A stretch of DNA of 64,000 nucleotides, from contig CACABD010000001.1 of assembly GCA_902530715.1 (NCBI GenBank), forward strand, positions 1,601 through 65,600. The letters are read 5' to 3'. Under the pieces are notes generated by a model. It made no database searches and had not been told where the DNA came from. It saw only the letters and a list, made by a program, of their open reading frames with translations. Source of the stretch: an uncultured Pelagibacteraceae bacterium (GTDB lineage: Bacteria > Pseudomonadota > Alphaproteobacteria > Pelagibacterales > Pelagibacteraceae). Below, piece after piece: positions 52,307-62,323 of this stretch. Positions within the stretch are counted from its first letter, which is position 1, and every line of letters begins with the position of its first letter. Made by a program: the position numbers and the translations under genes.

Positions 52307-52834
52307 ATGCTTAATTTAATTAAATTTTTTATAACAGTTATAATTATTTTTTCTACATTTAGTAGCTATTCGAAAGATTTTAATTTACCAAAAAATTTGA
52401 TTATTTACGAAAAACCAAAAGAATATAAGGACGTAGCTTTTAAAAACACATTAGAAAAAGATATAAATTTAATCGATTATGAAGGAAAGTTAGTGTTAAT
52501 GAATTTTTGGGCAACTTGGTGTGAACCCTGTAAAGAGGAAATGCCATCACTTGATAAACTTTCTCTTGATAAAAATTTCAATAATTTGGAAATTCTACCC
52601 ATAAATATTGGTCAAGAAAAAATTAATAGAATAAGAGAATTTTATATTAAAACTAATATTGAAAATTTAGACATTTTTTACGATACCGAAGTTAGATTGG
52701 CAAAAAAGTTTTTACTAAGAGGTCTACCAACAACATTAATAATTAGCAAAGATGGTGGGGAAATTGCTAGAGTGGTAGGGTCAATAGATTTCCAAGATAA
52801 AAACTTTAAAACTTGGCTTCAGAAATTTGATTAA
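52307..52834 (+). CDS. TlpA-family thioredoxin
   Basis: NFWATWCEPCKEEMPSL, GLPTT. Confidence 0.9.
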   Translation: MLNLIKFFITVIIIFSTFSSYSKDFNLPKNLIIYEKPKEYKDVAFKNTLEKDINLIDYEGKLVLMNFWATWCEPCKEEMPSLDKLSLDKNFNNLEILPINIGQEKINRIREFYIKTNIENLDIFYDTEVRLAKKFLLRGLPTTLIISKDGGEIARVVGSIDFQDKNFKTWLQKFD

Positions 52835-53034
52835 TCTTTAAAAAAATATGCAAGACAAACTAAAACTATGATCGCAATAAACTGCAAAAGAACTCTCAGT
52901 TGCATAAGTTTGTTTGAATATTTTTTACTTGCAGAGCCACCTTTAAATAGGGTACCTATGCCAAGAACTAAAACAATAGCAACAGCCAATATAAGAATTA
53001 TAGCTATTACCTTTATTAGTATTTCGGAAACCAT
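52831..53034 (-). CDS. Twin-TM small protein (HIG1-like)
   Basis: Two TM helices around YSNKLMQLRVLLQ. Confidence 0.8.
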   Translation of the reverse strand: MVSEILIKVIAIILILAVAIVLVLGIGTLFKGGSASKKYSNKLMQLRVLLQFIAIIVLVCLAYFFKD

Positions 53035-53084
53035 TAAAAGTATTTATTACATAAACAGTTAAAAAAAAATAAAATTATTTATTT

Positions 53085-53744
53085 ATGACATTTTGCCTTG
53101 ATACAAAACTTATAAAACCAGAGTCTGATAAAGAAATAAAAAACATAGTTGTATTACTTCATGGTTATGGAGGTGATGGAAATGATATTGCACAAGTCAC
53201 TTTAAACTGGAAAAGATTCTTACCAAATACGCTATTTGTATGCCCTAATGCTCCAGAAAAATGTTTAATCAGTCCAAGAGGTTATCAATGGTTTGATCTT
53301 AGCCAAGATAATGAAGAATTCATTTTGAACGAAAGTAAAAAAAATGAAATAATATTAAAAAAATTCATAGATGAGGTAAAGGAGAAATTTTCATTACCAA
53401 AATCTAAGATATGTTTATCTGGATTTAGCCAAGGATGCATGATGTCAATTAACGTCGGACTTTCGTCAGAAGAAAAATATTCTGGAATTTTAGGTTTTTC
53501 TGGAAAAATAATCAGTATAAAAGATTTATCAAAAAGAATATCTCATAAACCCCTAACATTTTTAATACATGGAGAAAATGATGATATTGTTCCTTGTGTA
53601 AAATCACTAGAAGCCAAAGATTTCTTGGAAAGAAACAAAGTTCCAGTAGAATTAGAGATAATTAAAAATTGTGGTCATCATATACCTATTGAGGCATCAA
53701 GTATAGGATTGAAATTTATTAAAAAAATATTTGATCTAAATTAA
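53085..53744 (+). CDS. Phospholipase/carboxylesterase alpha/beta hydrolase
   Basis: LHGYG, GFSQG, HGENDDIV, GHHI. Confidence 0.9.
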   Translation: MTFCLDTKLIKPESDKEIKNIVVLLHGYGGDGNDIAQVTLNWKRFLPNTLFVCPNAPEKCLISPRGYQWFDLSQDNEEFILNESKKNEIILKKFIDEVKEKFSLPKSKICLSGFSQGCMMSINVGLSSEEKYSGILGFSGKIISIKDLSKRISHKPLTFLIHGENDDIVPCVKSLEAKDFLERNKVPVELEIIKNCGHHIPIEASSIGLKFIKKIFDLN

Positions 53745-53796
53745 ATTAAACAATTTGAAGCATTGAATTAAGTTTTTTTTTAGGTTAATTTAAATT

Positions 53797-54363
53797 ATGA
53801 ATTTTCAAGATCACGATGTTTCATTAGAAAAATGTCCTGCGCTTGTTTTAAATGCAGACTACAGACCTCTAAGTTATTATCCATTATCTTTATGGAGTTG
53901 GCAAGACTCAGTTAAATCTGTTTTCTTAGATAGAGTTTCTATAGTTTCTTACTATGATAGGGTAATTAGAAGCCCTTCCTTTAGCATGAAGCTACCAAGT
54001 GTTATTGCGCTTAAAAGCTACATCAAACCACTTTCTAATCCAAATTTTACAAGATTTAATGTTTTCTTAAGAGATAAATTCTCTTGTCAGTATTGTGGAA
54101 GTAAACACGAATTAACTTTTGATCATTTGTTACCAAGATCAAAAGGAGGAAAAACTGATTGGGATAATGTTGTGACAGCTTGCTCAGCTTGCAACGTAAA
54201 AAAAGGAGGCCGATTATTAGAAAAATCGGGAATGAAATTAAACCAAAGGCCTTTTCAACCCACTACTGAAGATCTTCATAAAAATGGTAGAAATTTTCCA
54301 CCAAATTTTTTACATAAAAGTTGGATGGATTATTTGTATTGGGATGTTGAATTAGAACCTTAA
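53797..54363 (+). CDS. HNH endonuclease (conserved alphaproteobacterial type)
   Basis: ALVLNADYRPLS, RDKFSCQYCG, TFDHLLPRSKGG, NVVTACSACN. Confidence 0.9.
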   Translation: MNFQDHDVSLEKCPALVLNADYRPLSYYPLSLWSWQDSVKSVFLDRVSIVSYYDRVIRSPSFSMKLPSVIALKSYIKPLSNPNFTRFNVFLRDKFSCQYCGSKHELTFDHLLPRSKGGKTDWDNVVTACSACNVKKGGRLLEKSGMKLNQRPFQPTTEDLHKNGRNFPPNFLHKSWMDYLYWDVELEP

Positions 54364-54897
54364 TTAGATTTTCTCAGATATATTAATTGCAATTTTAGAA
54401 CCAGTTTTTATTACTTTATCAAAAATTGAATACAGACCTTCTTTAGTTGCCCCTTCATCGTAAGCAATATCTTTATGATCTATTTCGTCTTGTCTAAATT
54501 TTTCGATCTTTTTTCTAAGTGATTTTTCATCATTTTTAATTTCTTTTATTTGGTTTAAATAATGTTCATCTATTACTTCTTCGACAGATGCAGTACAAAG
54601 CATTGCTGCTTTCTTTCCTAGTAATGTGCTACCAAAACCTAAACCTAAACCCAAAAGATCCCATAAAGGTAAAAATTTTGTTGGTTCAATTCCTCTTTTT
54701 TTTATTTCTTTTTCAAAAAACTCACAATGCTCTACTTCATGCTCTTTCATATGTTCAATAGTCTTCTTTAGTTCTTCATTTTTGACTATAGTATTCAACG
54801 CTAAAAGCTGACCTTCATATATTTTGATGGCACCTCTTTCACCTGCATGATCTACCCTAATAAATTCTTCAATTTTTCTTTTATTACTTTTTTGCAT
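54364..54897 (-). CDS. coq7: Demethoxyubiquinone hydroxylase (di-iron)
   Basis: IRVDHAGERGAIKIYEGQ, EVEH, VEEVIDEHY, DEIDH. Confidence 0.92.
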   Translation of the reverse strand: MQKSNKRKIEEFIRVDHAGERGAIKIYEGQLLALNTIVKNEELKKTIEHMKEHEVEHCEFFEKEIKKRGIEPTKFLPLWDLLGLGLGFGSTLLGKKAAMLCTASVEEVIDEHYLNQIKEIKNDEKSLRKKIEKFRQDEIDHKDIAYDEGATKEGLYSIFDKVIKTGSKIAINISEKI

Positions 54898-55357
54898 ACT
54901 TGAATATATAGACAATGACTATAGTTAAAACAAATGAAATTATAAAATTTAAGGTCGCAAGGGAAACCCCAAATATTGAAAAATCAACATCTTTACAATC
55001 AGGCTGAATATTATTTAGAGATTTAAGTATTTCCTCTTTCTCGAAAGATTTAATATTTTCACCTGTGCATGAAAATAGTGGTTCAATAATTCCTTTTTCA
55101 ATACTTACATGATAACCTGATAACAAAATACCTGACAAAAAAGTTAAACCTAAAATTATTAATAATATATTTTTATTACCAATGAAAAAAGCAATTAAAC
55201 TTATTAATATCGCTATAGCATACGGTATTCTCTGGTAGATACATAGTATACATGGTTTAAAACCAAGTATATATTCTACGTATAAAGCCGCAATTAAAGA
55301 AAAGGAACTAAGAGAAAAAATTATAATATAAAATTTTTTGATGTTTTGATCTGACAT
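54884..55357 (-). CDS. dsbB: Disulfide bond formation protein B family
   Basis: PCILCIYQR plus second Cys pair, four TM helices. Confidence 0.88.
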   Translation of the reverse strand: MSDQNIKKFYIIIFSLSSFSLIAALYVEYILGFKPCILCIYQRIPYAIAILISLIAFFIGNKNILLIILGLTFLSGILLSGYHVSIEKGIIEPLFSCTGENIKSFEKEEILKSLNNIQPDCKDVDFSIFGVSLATLNFIISFVLTIVIVYIFKYAKK

Positions 55358-55362
55358 TTATT

Positions 55363-55965
55363 TTAAAAATTTATAAGAAATTTATATACAAAAAACGCAA
55401 AAACTATAATAATTATCGATATTAATATAGATATATGAACCAGTTTTTTTTCAACAATCTTTTTCATTGCTGCACCAAAATTACCCAATAAAAATGCAAT
55501 TATAAAAAATCTAGATCCTCTCGTTAGAAGAGAGACTATAACAAAATAAAGGAAGTTAAAATGTACAAAACCACTTGTGATTGTCAGCAATTTAAATGGT
55601 ACTGGTGTAAAACCTGCAATCGCAAGCAACGTAATCCACGCAATAGTTCCACCATCAGATGAAACCTTATCTTTTAAAAAATTAGTGTTATCAACCCCGT
55701 ACAGCTCAAATATCTTTATACCAATCTCGTTAAAAAAAACGTATCCTATAAAATATCCTAAACATGCACCTAATACTGAACCTGTTGTTGCTATAAATGC
55801 TATTTTTTTCCACTCATTTTTCTTTGCAATTGTCATGGGTATTATAAATACATCAGGTGGTATAGGAAAAATAAAGCTTTCAATAAATGACATAAAACCT
55901 AAAAATTTTTTAGAGTTTTTGTGACCGGCAATTTTAATAGATTTATTATAAATATTTTTAATCAT
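55363..55965 (-). CDS. YqaA/DedA-family membrane protein
   Basis: SFIESFIFPIPPD, GSVLGACLGYFIG, GFTPVPFK. Confidence 0.88.
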   Translation of the reverse strand: MIKNIYNKSIKIAGHKNSKKFLGFMSFIESFIFPIPPDVFIIPMTIAKKNEWKKIAFIATTGSVLGACLGYFIGYVFFNEIGIKIFELYGVDNTNFLKDKVSSDGGTIAWITLLAIAGFTPVPFKLLTITSGFVHFNFLYFVIVSLLTRGSRFFIIAFLLGNFGAAMKKIVEKKLVHISILISIIIIVFAFFVYKFLINF

Positions 55966-56024
55966 AATTTTGTGTTCTAAAAACACTCTTTATACTATAA
56001 ATTTTAGATTAAATTAATTAAAAA

Positions 56025-56111
56025 GGGCGAATGGCGGAACTGGTAGACGCGTTGGACTCAAAATCCAATAGCAGTAATGTTGTGAGAGTTCGAGTCTCTC
56101 TTCGCCCACCA
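56025..56111 (+). tRNA. tRNA-Leu(CAA)
   Basis: GGGCGAA/TTCGCCC acceptor stem, TTGGA-CTCAAAA-TCCAA anticodon arm, long variable arm, GTTCGA, encoded CCA. Confidence 0.96.
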
Positions 56112-56118
56112 AAGTAAA

Positions 56119-57822
56119 ATGAAATTAAATAGTTACAATAACCTTCTAGAACTTTTTTTTGATCAATACAAAAAAAAAGACAAAAATAATATTTTCCTAA
56201 TTAATTTAGGTAATCCAAAACATAAATTAAGTTGGGAGAAAACGTATTTATTAGTTAACCACTTATCCAATCAAATATCTAAAGATATTAAATTGGGTGA
56301 TAGATGTGTTTTAATTTCAGAAAATAGACCCGAATGGTTGATATCTGATTTGGCAATTATGTTAGCTGGAGGAATAAGTGTGCCTTCTTATACCACTTAT
56401 ACTACTAAAGATTATGAATACATCATTAAAGATTGTGAACCATCAATATTAATAGTTTCAAATAATATTCAGTTTGATAAAATTAAAGACATATTAGATT
56501 ACAAGCAAATTAAAAAAATTATTTCATTTGATAGATTAGAAAATTTAAAATTTCAAAATTATCTATGCATTGAAGATATTATAAATAAAAAAGATGATTT
56601 TGAAAATTTTGATAGTGAAATAAGTCTAAAGCGTTCAGACCCAGCTTGTATTATCTATACATCTGGGACACAAGGAAATCCAAAAGGTGTAATTTTGAGC
56701 CATGGAGGAATTTTGAGTAATTGCGAAGGTGGTTATGAATTACTAAAATCAATCATATCGAAAGATATGAAATTTTTGACCTGGTTGCCATTATCACATT
56801 CCTATGAACACACAGTACAATTCATACAAATCGCTGTAGGTGCAAAAGTATTTTACGCAGAGAGTATAGATAAATTACTCAAAAATATTAGTGATTGCTC
56901 ACCTGACATAATGACAGCTGTTCCAAGATTTTATCAAAACCTTTACCAAAAGATAAGTTCTGCTTTTAGTAAAGCAAAAGGTGTAAAAAAATTTCTTGTA
57001 GAAAATACTGTCAATTTAGGCTCCAAAAAATTTAATAAAGAAAAAATGAACATTAAAGATAAAATAGTAAATAAGATTTGTGAAATGACGGTGAGATCCA
57101 AGATTAAAAAACAATTTGGAGGTAGTCTCAAAACATTCGTATCTGGTGGTGGTGCTCTTGACCCTGAAATTGGCATTTTTCTTAATTCAATAGGATTACC
57201 AACATTACAAGGGTACGGCTTAACTGAAACATCACCTGTTGTTAGCTGTAACCCCATAGAAGATATAAGGATTGATACTGTGGGAATTCCTTTTAGGTGT
57301 AATAATGTGAAAATAGCTGAGGACGGGGAAATATTGGTGAAGGGAGAAAATGTAATGTTAGGTTATTGGAATAAAAAGGCTGAGACAGATAAAGTATTAA
57401 TTGATGGATGGCTTCATACTGGAGATATAGGTAAATTTGTAAATGGTTTTTTAAAAATTACAGATAGAAAAAAAGATATATTAATTACTCCAGGTGGTGA
57501 CAATATTTCACCTGTAAAGGTAGAGACCGCATTAAATAATTCAAATTATATAGATCAAAGTTTAGTATATGGTGATAACAAACCATATCTTGTAGCTTTA
57601 TTAGTTTTAAATTCAGAAATTGACATTAATGAAAAAAATTTGAGTGATGAGATAGAAAAAATAAATAAAAATTTAACCAAAATAGAAAAAATTAAAAAGT
57701 TTTTTGTTATAAAAGAAAAATTTTCTATTGAAAATGGAATGATGACACCAACTTTAAAGTTAAAAAGATATAAAATTATTAATATTTATAAAAATAATTT
57801 TGAAGATCTTTATAAAAAATAA
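56119..57822 (+). CDS. fadD: Long-chain fatty acid-CoA ligase
   Basis: IYTSGTQGNPKG, QGYGLTETSP, WLHTGDIG, TPTLKLKR. Confidence 0.88.
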   Translation: MKLNSYNNLLELFFDQYKKKDKNNIFLINLGNPKHKLSWEKTYLLVNHLSNQISKDIKLGDRCVLISENRPEWLISDLAIMLAGGISVPSYTTYTTKDYEYIIKDCEPSILIVSNNIQFDKIKDILDYKQIKKIISFDRLENLKFQNYLCIEDIINKKDDFENFDSEISLKRSDPACIIYTSGTQGNPKGVILSHGGILSNCEGGYELLKSIISKDMKFLTWLPLSHSYEHTVQFIQIAVGAKVFYAESIDKLLKNISDCSPDIMTAVPRFYQNLYQKISSAFSKAKGVKKFLVENTVNLGSKKFNKEKMNIKDKIVNKICEMTVRSKIKKQFGGSLKTFVSGGGALDPEIGIFLNSIGLPTLQGYGLTETSPVVSCNPIEDIRIDTVGIPFRCNNVKIAEDGEILVKGENVMLGYWNKKAETDKVLIDGWLHTGDIGKFVNGFLKITDRKKDILITPGGDNISPVKVETALNNSNYIDQSLVYGDNKPYLVALLVLNSEIDINEKNLSDEIEKINKNLTKIEKIKKFFVIKEKFSIENGMMTPTLKLKRYKIINIYKNNFEDLYKK

Positions 57823-58013
57823 TTAATAAACAACGGTATTAAGCGCATAAACATTAATGTTTTTACGTTTACTAAAAACAAAATTTAAAATTTTAAAATT
57901 TTAATTTTACAACTTAACTTCTAAAAAATTATATAATTGACATAACATAAGAAAAAATTTAAAAATTAGTTAAACAACGAATCAAAATGATTCGTACAAA
58001 CAGGGAGCTAAAG

Positions 58014-58085
58014 ATGGCTAAAAGAAGAAAAAAAGCTAAAAAGAAAGCTAAGAAAAAAGCTAAAAAAAGAAGAAGAAGAAGATAA
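58014..58085 (+). CDS. 23-aa Lys/Arg/Ala-rich peptide, not in ORF track
   Basis: MAKRRKKAKKKAKKKAKKRRRRR; SD AGGGAG 58002-58007, TTGACA 57937-57942, own terminator. Confidence 0.7.
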   Translation: MAKRRKKAKKKAKKKAKKRRRRR

Positions 58086-58097
58086 TATTTCTTTTTT

Positions 58098-58140
58098 AAA
58101 AACGCTTCTCATAACGTTTGTGTGAGAAGCGTTTTTTTTT
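58098..58140. terminator. Bidirectional intrinsic terminator
   Basis: AAAAACGCTTCTCATA-loop-TGTGAGAAGCGTTTTT plus T run, between convergent genes. Confidence 0.85.
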
Positions 58141-59015
58141 TACTCTTCTTCATTTTCTGCTACTAAACTTGTATTTTCATCGTCATTGATATCTTCATTA
58201 GGCTCTTTTTGAACATCAGTTTTTTGTGTTTTTTCAGAAGTTGGTTCACTTTTCTCTAGGTTTCTTTTCAGGGCTTTATCTAATTTTTTTTGGGTGTTTT
58301 CTAAAGAAAGATTTAAAACTATCTGAAACTCTGAAATAATTCTTTCATAAGCTTTTTCAAATAATTGTCTTTCGCTGTAAGATTGATCTATCATTATATC
58401 GTCGCCTTTATTTAAATCTCTCACAACTTCCGCAAGATCATAGATTTTTCCTGACGTAATTTTTTGTTCATATTCTTGGGCCCTTCTACTCCACATAGAT
58501 CTTTTTATTTTTGGTTTGCCCTTCAGTATAGAAATTGATTTATTAACTTGATTTATAGTGGACAGCGGTCTGAGGTGTGATTGTTTATTTACCGGCAACA
58601 AACCAATCGCTTTATCTTTTTCAAATTTAATATCATAGCATTGTACATCTATCCCACCAATTTTTTTTGCACTAACTGATAGAATCTGACCAATCCCATG
58701 CTTTGGGTAAACAACATAATCTTTCACTTTATATTCTCTTTTTTCTGTACCTTGTTTTTTTATCTTTATTATTTCTGGTTTTTGATCCAGAGTCTTTGTT
58801 AGCTTTAAATTTTCATTTTTAGTAGTAATTTTTTTTAATTCTTTATTTTTATTTTTATTACCTAGTATATCTTTTTTTATAACCTTTGGTCTCCCAACTT
58901 TTTTAATTGTGCTTTTTTTAGTTTTAACCTTAAGTTTTGATTTAGATTTTTTAATAGAAGTTTTTTTCTTTTTAAAGGTTTTCTTTAAAATACTTTTCAA
59001 ATTTATTTTCTTCAT
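58140..59015 (-). CDS. carD: CarD/CdnL-family RNAP-binding regulator with Lys-rich N-terminal extension
   Basis: [39 protein letters not shown]. Confidence 0.9.
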   Translation of the reverse strand: MKKINLKSILKKTFKKKKTSIKKSKSKLKVKTKKSTIKKVGRPKVIKKDILGNKNKNKELKKITTKNENLKLTKTLDQKPEIIKIKKQGTEKREYKVKDYVVYPKHGIGQILSVSAKKIGGIDVQCYDIKFEKDKAIGLLPVNKQSHLRPLSTINQVNKSISILKGKPKIKRSMWSRRAQEYEQKITSGKIYDLAEVVRDLNKGDDIMIDQSYSERQLFEKAYERIISEFQIVLNLSLENTQKKLDKALKRNLEKSEPTSEKTQKTDVQKEPNEDINDDENTSLVAENEEE

Positions 59016-59298
59016 TTCTGTATTTATCGTTATCTTCTGGGGGTTCTTTTTTTTGGGAAATATTTGGCCAAATTTCTGAATACTTCTGATTTATTTCTAA
59101 CCATTTTTCCGATCCTTTTTCTGTATCTGACTTTATCGCATCTACTGGACATTCTGGTTCACAAACGCCACAATCTATACACTCATCAGGTTTAATTACA
59201 AGCATATTTTTTCCTTCATAAAAACAATCCACAGGACAAACTTCAACACAGTCCATTAGTTTACATTTTATACATTTATCATTAACTATATATGTCAT
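58972..59298 (-). CDS. fdxA: 7Fe ferredoxin
   Basis: [30 protein letters not shown]. Confidence 0.95.
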   Translation of the reverse strand: MTYIVNDKCIKCKLMDCVEVCPVDCFYEGKNMLVIKPDECIDCGVCEPECPVDAIKSDTEKGSEKWLEINQKYSEIWPNISQKKEPPEDNDKYRNEENKFEKYFKENL

Positions 59299-59720
59299 TG
59301 TTTTTGTTTATTCTGAATATTTAATTTTATATCACCCATAGTTTTAGCATCTATGTAAAGCAATCCTGCTAAACGTCTCATAAGATTTTCTTCATATATA
59401 TCTGAATTTCCGTCTGACAAAATAATACCCCAAATATTTTTTATAATTTCTACTTTATTTTCTTTATCCATAGCCTTTATATTTTTTGTAAAATCTTGAA
59501 TATGATTTGAGTCAGACTCTTTTTTTTCTGCTTCTAATATCAATTTATCTATATCTTCATTATTATTATCGAGTTTTTTTAAAGTATTTTTAATAATTGT
59601 TTTTTCTTTATCGGTATAATGTTCATCAATTTTAGCCGCATGTATCATTAAACAAGCAACATTAATTAAATAATTATCGCTATTTGATTGTTCATCTTTT
59701 TTAAAAAATTTAAGCATCAT
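59295..59720 (-). CDS. TerB-family protein
   Basis: [31 protein letters not shown]. Confidence 0.8.
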   Translation of the reverse strand: MMLKFFKKDEQSNSDNYLINVACLMIHAAKIDEHYTDKEKTIIKNTLKKLDNNNEDIDKLILEAEKKESDSNHIQDFTKNIKAMDKENKVEIIKNIWGIILSDGNSDIYEENLMRRLAGLLYIDAKTMGDIKLNIQNKQKQ

Positions 59721-62197
59721 TTTATATTTAACGTTTTTAAAGCTGCAAAAGGATTATCGCTTTCAAATTTATCCCTATTCTTTTTATTAATTTTTCTAAT
59801 GGGAGTATATTTAAAAAAGTATTTATCATTTTCAAGTGAGACATTGTAGTTCATTTTCTTTATCAATTTTAGAAAATTTTCTTTATTACAGCCTAAGAGA
59901 TTTAACATTTTTGGAACTAGCTCAATTTTGCTATCTTTAATGGAATCTGAGCTTATAATTTCTAGAAATAATCTCTCAAGAATATCTATTCGGACAAAAT
60001 AATCATCGAATTTTTCAAAACCACAAAGTAGCATAAAATTTTTATCATTAAATTTTTTATCATTTAAAAAATTTAAACCAAAAGTTGGTGGTTCTAAATC
60101 ATAATATTTTTCATTATAGTTTTTCCAAAGAATTATTCTTAATGAAACTACAGTTGGCTTAAATAGCTTGTACAAAAATATGTGATATCTTCCAAACTTA
60201 ACTCCTTGATCCCTCAGAATTTTTCTTTCTTTCTGATCAATATTTCTTAATAATTTTTCAATATTATCTCTTTTTAAAACTCCATTATTCTCGTACAACA
60301 TGTAAGATAATGCCCTTGTTGAAGAATTAGACGATTTGATATCTTTTAATTTTATAAGACTACCCAGTTCAGTATTAATTTTTTCATTCAACCATTCCTT
60401 CAAAAAATTTTGTAATTTATTTTTATCTTCAGTCTCTACAACGTCGTCGACAATAGCAATTATTTCAGGTTTTAAGTAGTCGCTTCCTTTTATCAAATAT
60501 GCTATTGGAAATTTATTCCAATAAATTTTGAGATCTTTTTTTAATTCAATATTTTTTGTTTTAATTATTAGATTAATTCTATCCACTATTTCCGGACCAA
60601 CATTTTGTCTTGATGCTTTTTTTAAAGACTTTATGTCAGAGTCTAAATCTCCTATTTTAAAATCAAGTTCAAGTTTTAGCCCTTTTAAATTTCCGATAAA
60701 TTGGTTATTAATCATAACCTTTTCATTATCGACTATTTTAGTTTCAAAAATAATATCTTGTTTTAAACCTTTGGCCAATACACTCGCACGTTTATCAATA
60801 AAACTTTTTGTGAGTTCCTCGTGTAATCTATCGGATAATCTATCTTCAAGAAATTTAGTTCTCTCTACCCAATAATCTTGGTTTTCGACCCACCCATTTT
60901 TATTGGCTACATACGACCACGTTCTTACATTTGCAATCCTGTTTGAAACAGAGTCTACATTACCATCTAGTTTATCTAATATAGACAACTGTTGCTTCAT
61001 ATATTTACTTGTTATTTTTCCTGGTGACTCTCTTAAAAAGTTAAAAACTTTACCAACAACTTCTAAATGATTACCGTAGGTTTTTTTTACAAAGTCAGGT
61101 ATTTGACAACATTCCCAAAGTAATTTTAGTTCATTTTCATTGTTAAATATTTGAAGTTTCTCCGTATCTTTAAGAATATATTTTAGTACTTTTTCATCCT
61201 CACACTCAGAAATTTTTCTCAACCAACTTTTACTAGGTCTTTCCTCTAAAGATTTTATTAATCTGTCACCATTTTTAAAATTTAAGTTTGGATTCCTCCA
61301 AAAAATTGTGTGTATTTCATCTATTTTATGGTTTTCCAATAATTCTATTTCTTCTGCACTTATTTCTCCACAATCTCCAGTTATTCCAAATGACCCATCA
61401 TTTAAATATCTGCCAGCTCTACCAGCGATTTGGGATATTTCTGAAAGTTTCAATCTTCTTAGTTTTTTACCATCAAATTTTTTTAAATTGGAAAAATAAA
61501 CATTGTTTAAATCCATGTTAATACCCATTCCAATTGCATCAGTAGCAACTAAATAATCAACATCACCTGACTGGTACAAACTCACTTGTGAGTTTCGAGT
61601 TTTAGGACTTAACGATCCCATTACTATTGCAGCACCACCCTTTTGTCTTCTTATTAGTTCTGCGATTGCGTAAACTTCCTCTGCAGAAAAAGCAATTATT
61701 GCACTTTTTCTCTCAATCCTAGATATTTTTTTATGGCCTGAATAAGTTAATTTAGAAAGTCTTTTTCTATCAATATATTCAATATCCTCCTCTAATTTTT
61801 CAATTATATTTCGCATAGAGTTTGAGCCCATAAACATTGTTAGCTTTTCTCCTCTTAAATTTAGCAATCTATCAGTAAATATATGACCTCTTTCGTGGTC
61901 GCTGCACATTTGTATTTCATCTATTCCAACAAACTCTAAAATCTTATCAACTGGCATAGACTCTACGGTGCAAAAATAATACTTAGCATTAGCCGGTATT
62001 ATTTTTTCCTCTCCAGTTATTAGAGCAACTTTTTGTGGGTCAACTTTTTTAATTACTTTGTCATAAACTTCTCTTGCCAATAATCTTAACGGAAAACCCA
62101 TCATTCCAGTATCAAATGAAAGCATCGTTTCAATTGCTAAAAAAGTTTTCCCAGTGTTTGTCGGACCTAGAACTGCTGTAATTTTATTTTTTTTCAT
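59717..62197 (-). CDS. Suv3/MgpS-like SF2 helicase
   Basis: LGPTNTGKT, PLRLLARE, IDEIQ, VATDAIGMG, QIAGRAGR. Confidence 0.9.
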   Translation of the reverse strand: MKKNKITAVLGPTNTGKTFLAIETMLSFDTGMMGFPLRLLAREVYDKVIKKVDPQKVALITGEEKIIPANAKYYFCTVESMPVDKILEFVGIDEIQMCSDHERGHIFTDRLLNLRGEKLTMFMGSNSMRNIIEKLEEDIEYIDRKRLSKLTYSGHKKISRIERKSAIIAFSAEEVYAIAELIRRQKGGAAIVMGSLSPKTRNSQVSLYQSGDVDYLVATDAIGMGINMDLNNVYFSNLKKFDGKKLRRLKLSEISQIAGRAGRYLNDGSFGITGDCGEISAEEIELLENHKIDEIHTIFWRNPNLNFKNGDRLIKSLEERPSKSWLRKISECEDEKVLKYILKDTEKLQIFNNENELKLLWECCQIPDFVKKTYGNHLEVVGKVFNFLRESPGKITSKYMKQQLSILDKLDGNVDSVSNRIANVRTWSYVANKNGWVENQDYWVERTKFLEDRLSDRLHEELTKSFIDKRASVLAKGLKQDIIFETKIVDNEKVMINNQFIGNLKGLKLELDFKIGDLDSDIKSLKKASRQNVGPEIVDRINLIIKTKNIELKKDLKIYWNKFPIAYLIKGSDYLKPEIIAIVDDVVETEDKNKLQNFLKEWLNEKINTELGSLIKLKDIKSSNSSTRALSYMLYENNGVLKRDNIEKLLRNIDQKERKILRDQGVKFGRYHIFLYKLFKPTVVSLRIILWKNYNEKYYDLEPPTFGLNFLNDKKFNDKNFMLLCGFEKFDDYFVRIDILERLFLEIISSDSIKDSKIELVPKMLNLLGCNKENFLKLIKKMNYNVSLENDKYFFKYTPIRKINKKNRDKFESDNPFAALKTLNIK

Positions 62198-62323
62198 TTC
62201 TACTGTTTGTGCGTCAAAATCTTTACATACTATATGTTGTTACCTGGTGAGAACAAAAATAGTCTAAAACATGACCGAATCGAAGTAAAAGAAGTTCTCA
62301 TTTTCATATATTTTATATTCAAT

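Noticed and set aside
53797-54363. HNH nuclease as a mobile or defence element
   Set aside because: Matches the widely conserved alphaproteobacterial HNH found next to the esterase; no flanking repeats or intron context
57848-57865. Imperfect palindrome ATAAACATTAATGTTTTT after fadD
   Set aside because: Low-complexity AT sequence; cannot be distinguished from chance
54-61521. Many 60-130 aa antisense or alternate-frame ORFs in the track (e.g. 5097-5480, 11008-11400, 28390-28584, 48969-49334, 60528-60875)
   Set aside because: They lie within well-supported genes and have no motifs; typical shadow ORFs
62248-62300. Alphaproteobacterial LexA box (GAAC-N7-GAAC)
   Set aside because: Only single half-sites; spacing to a second GAAC does not fit
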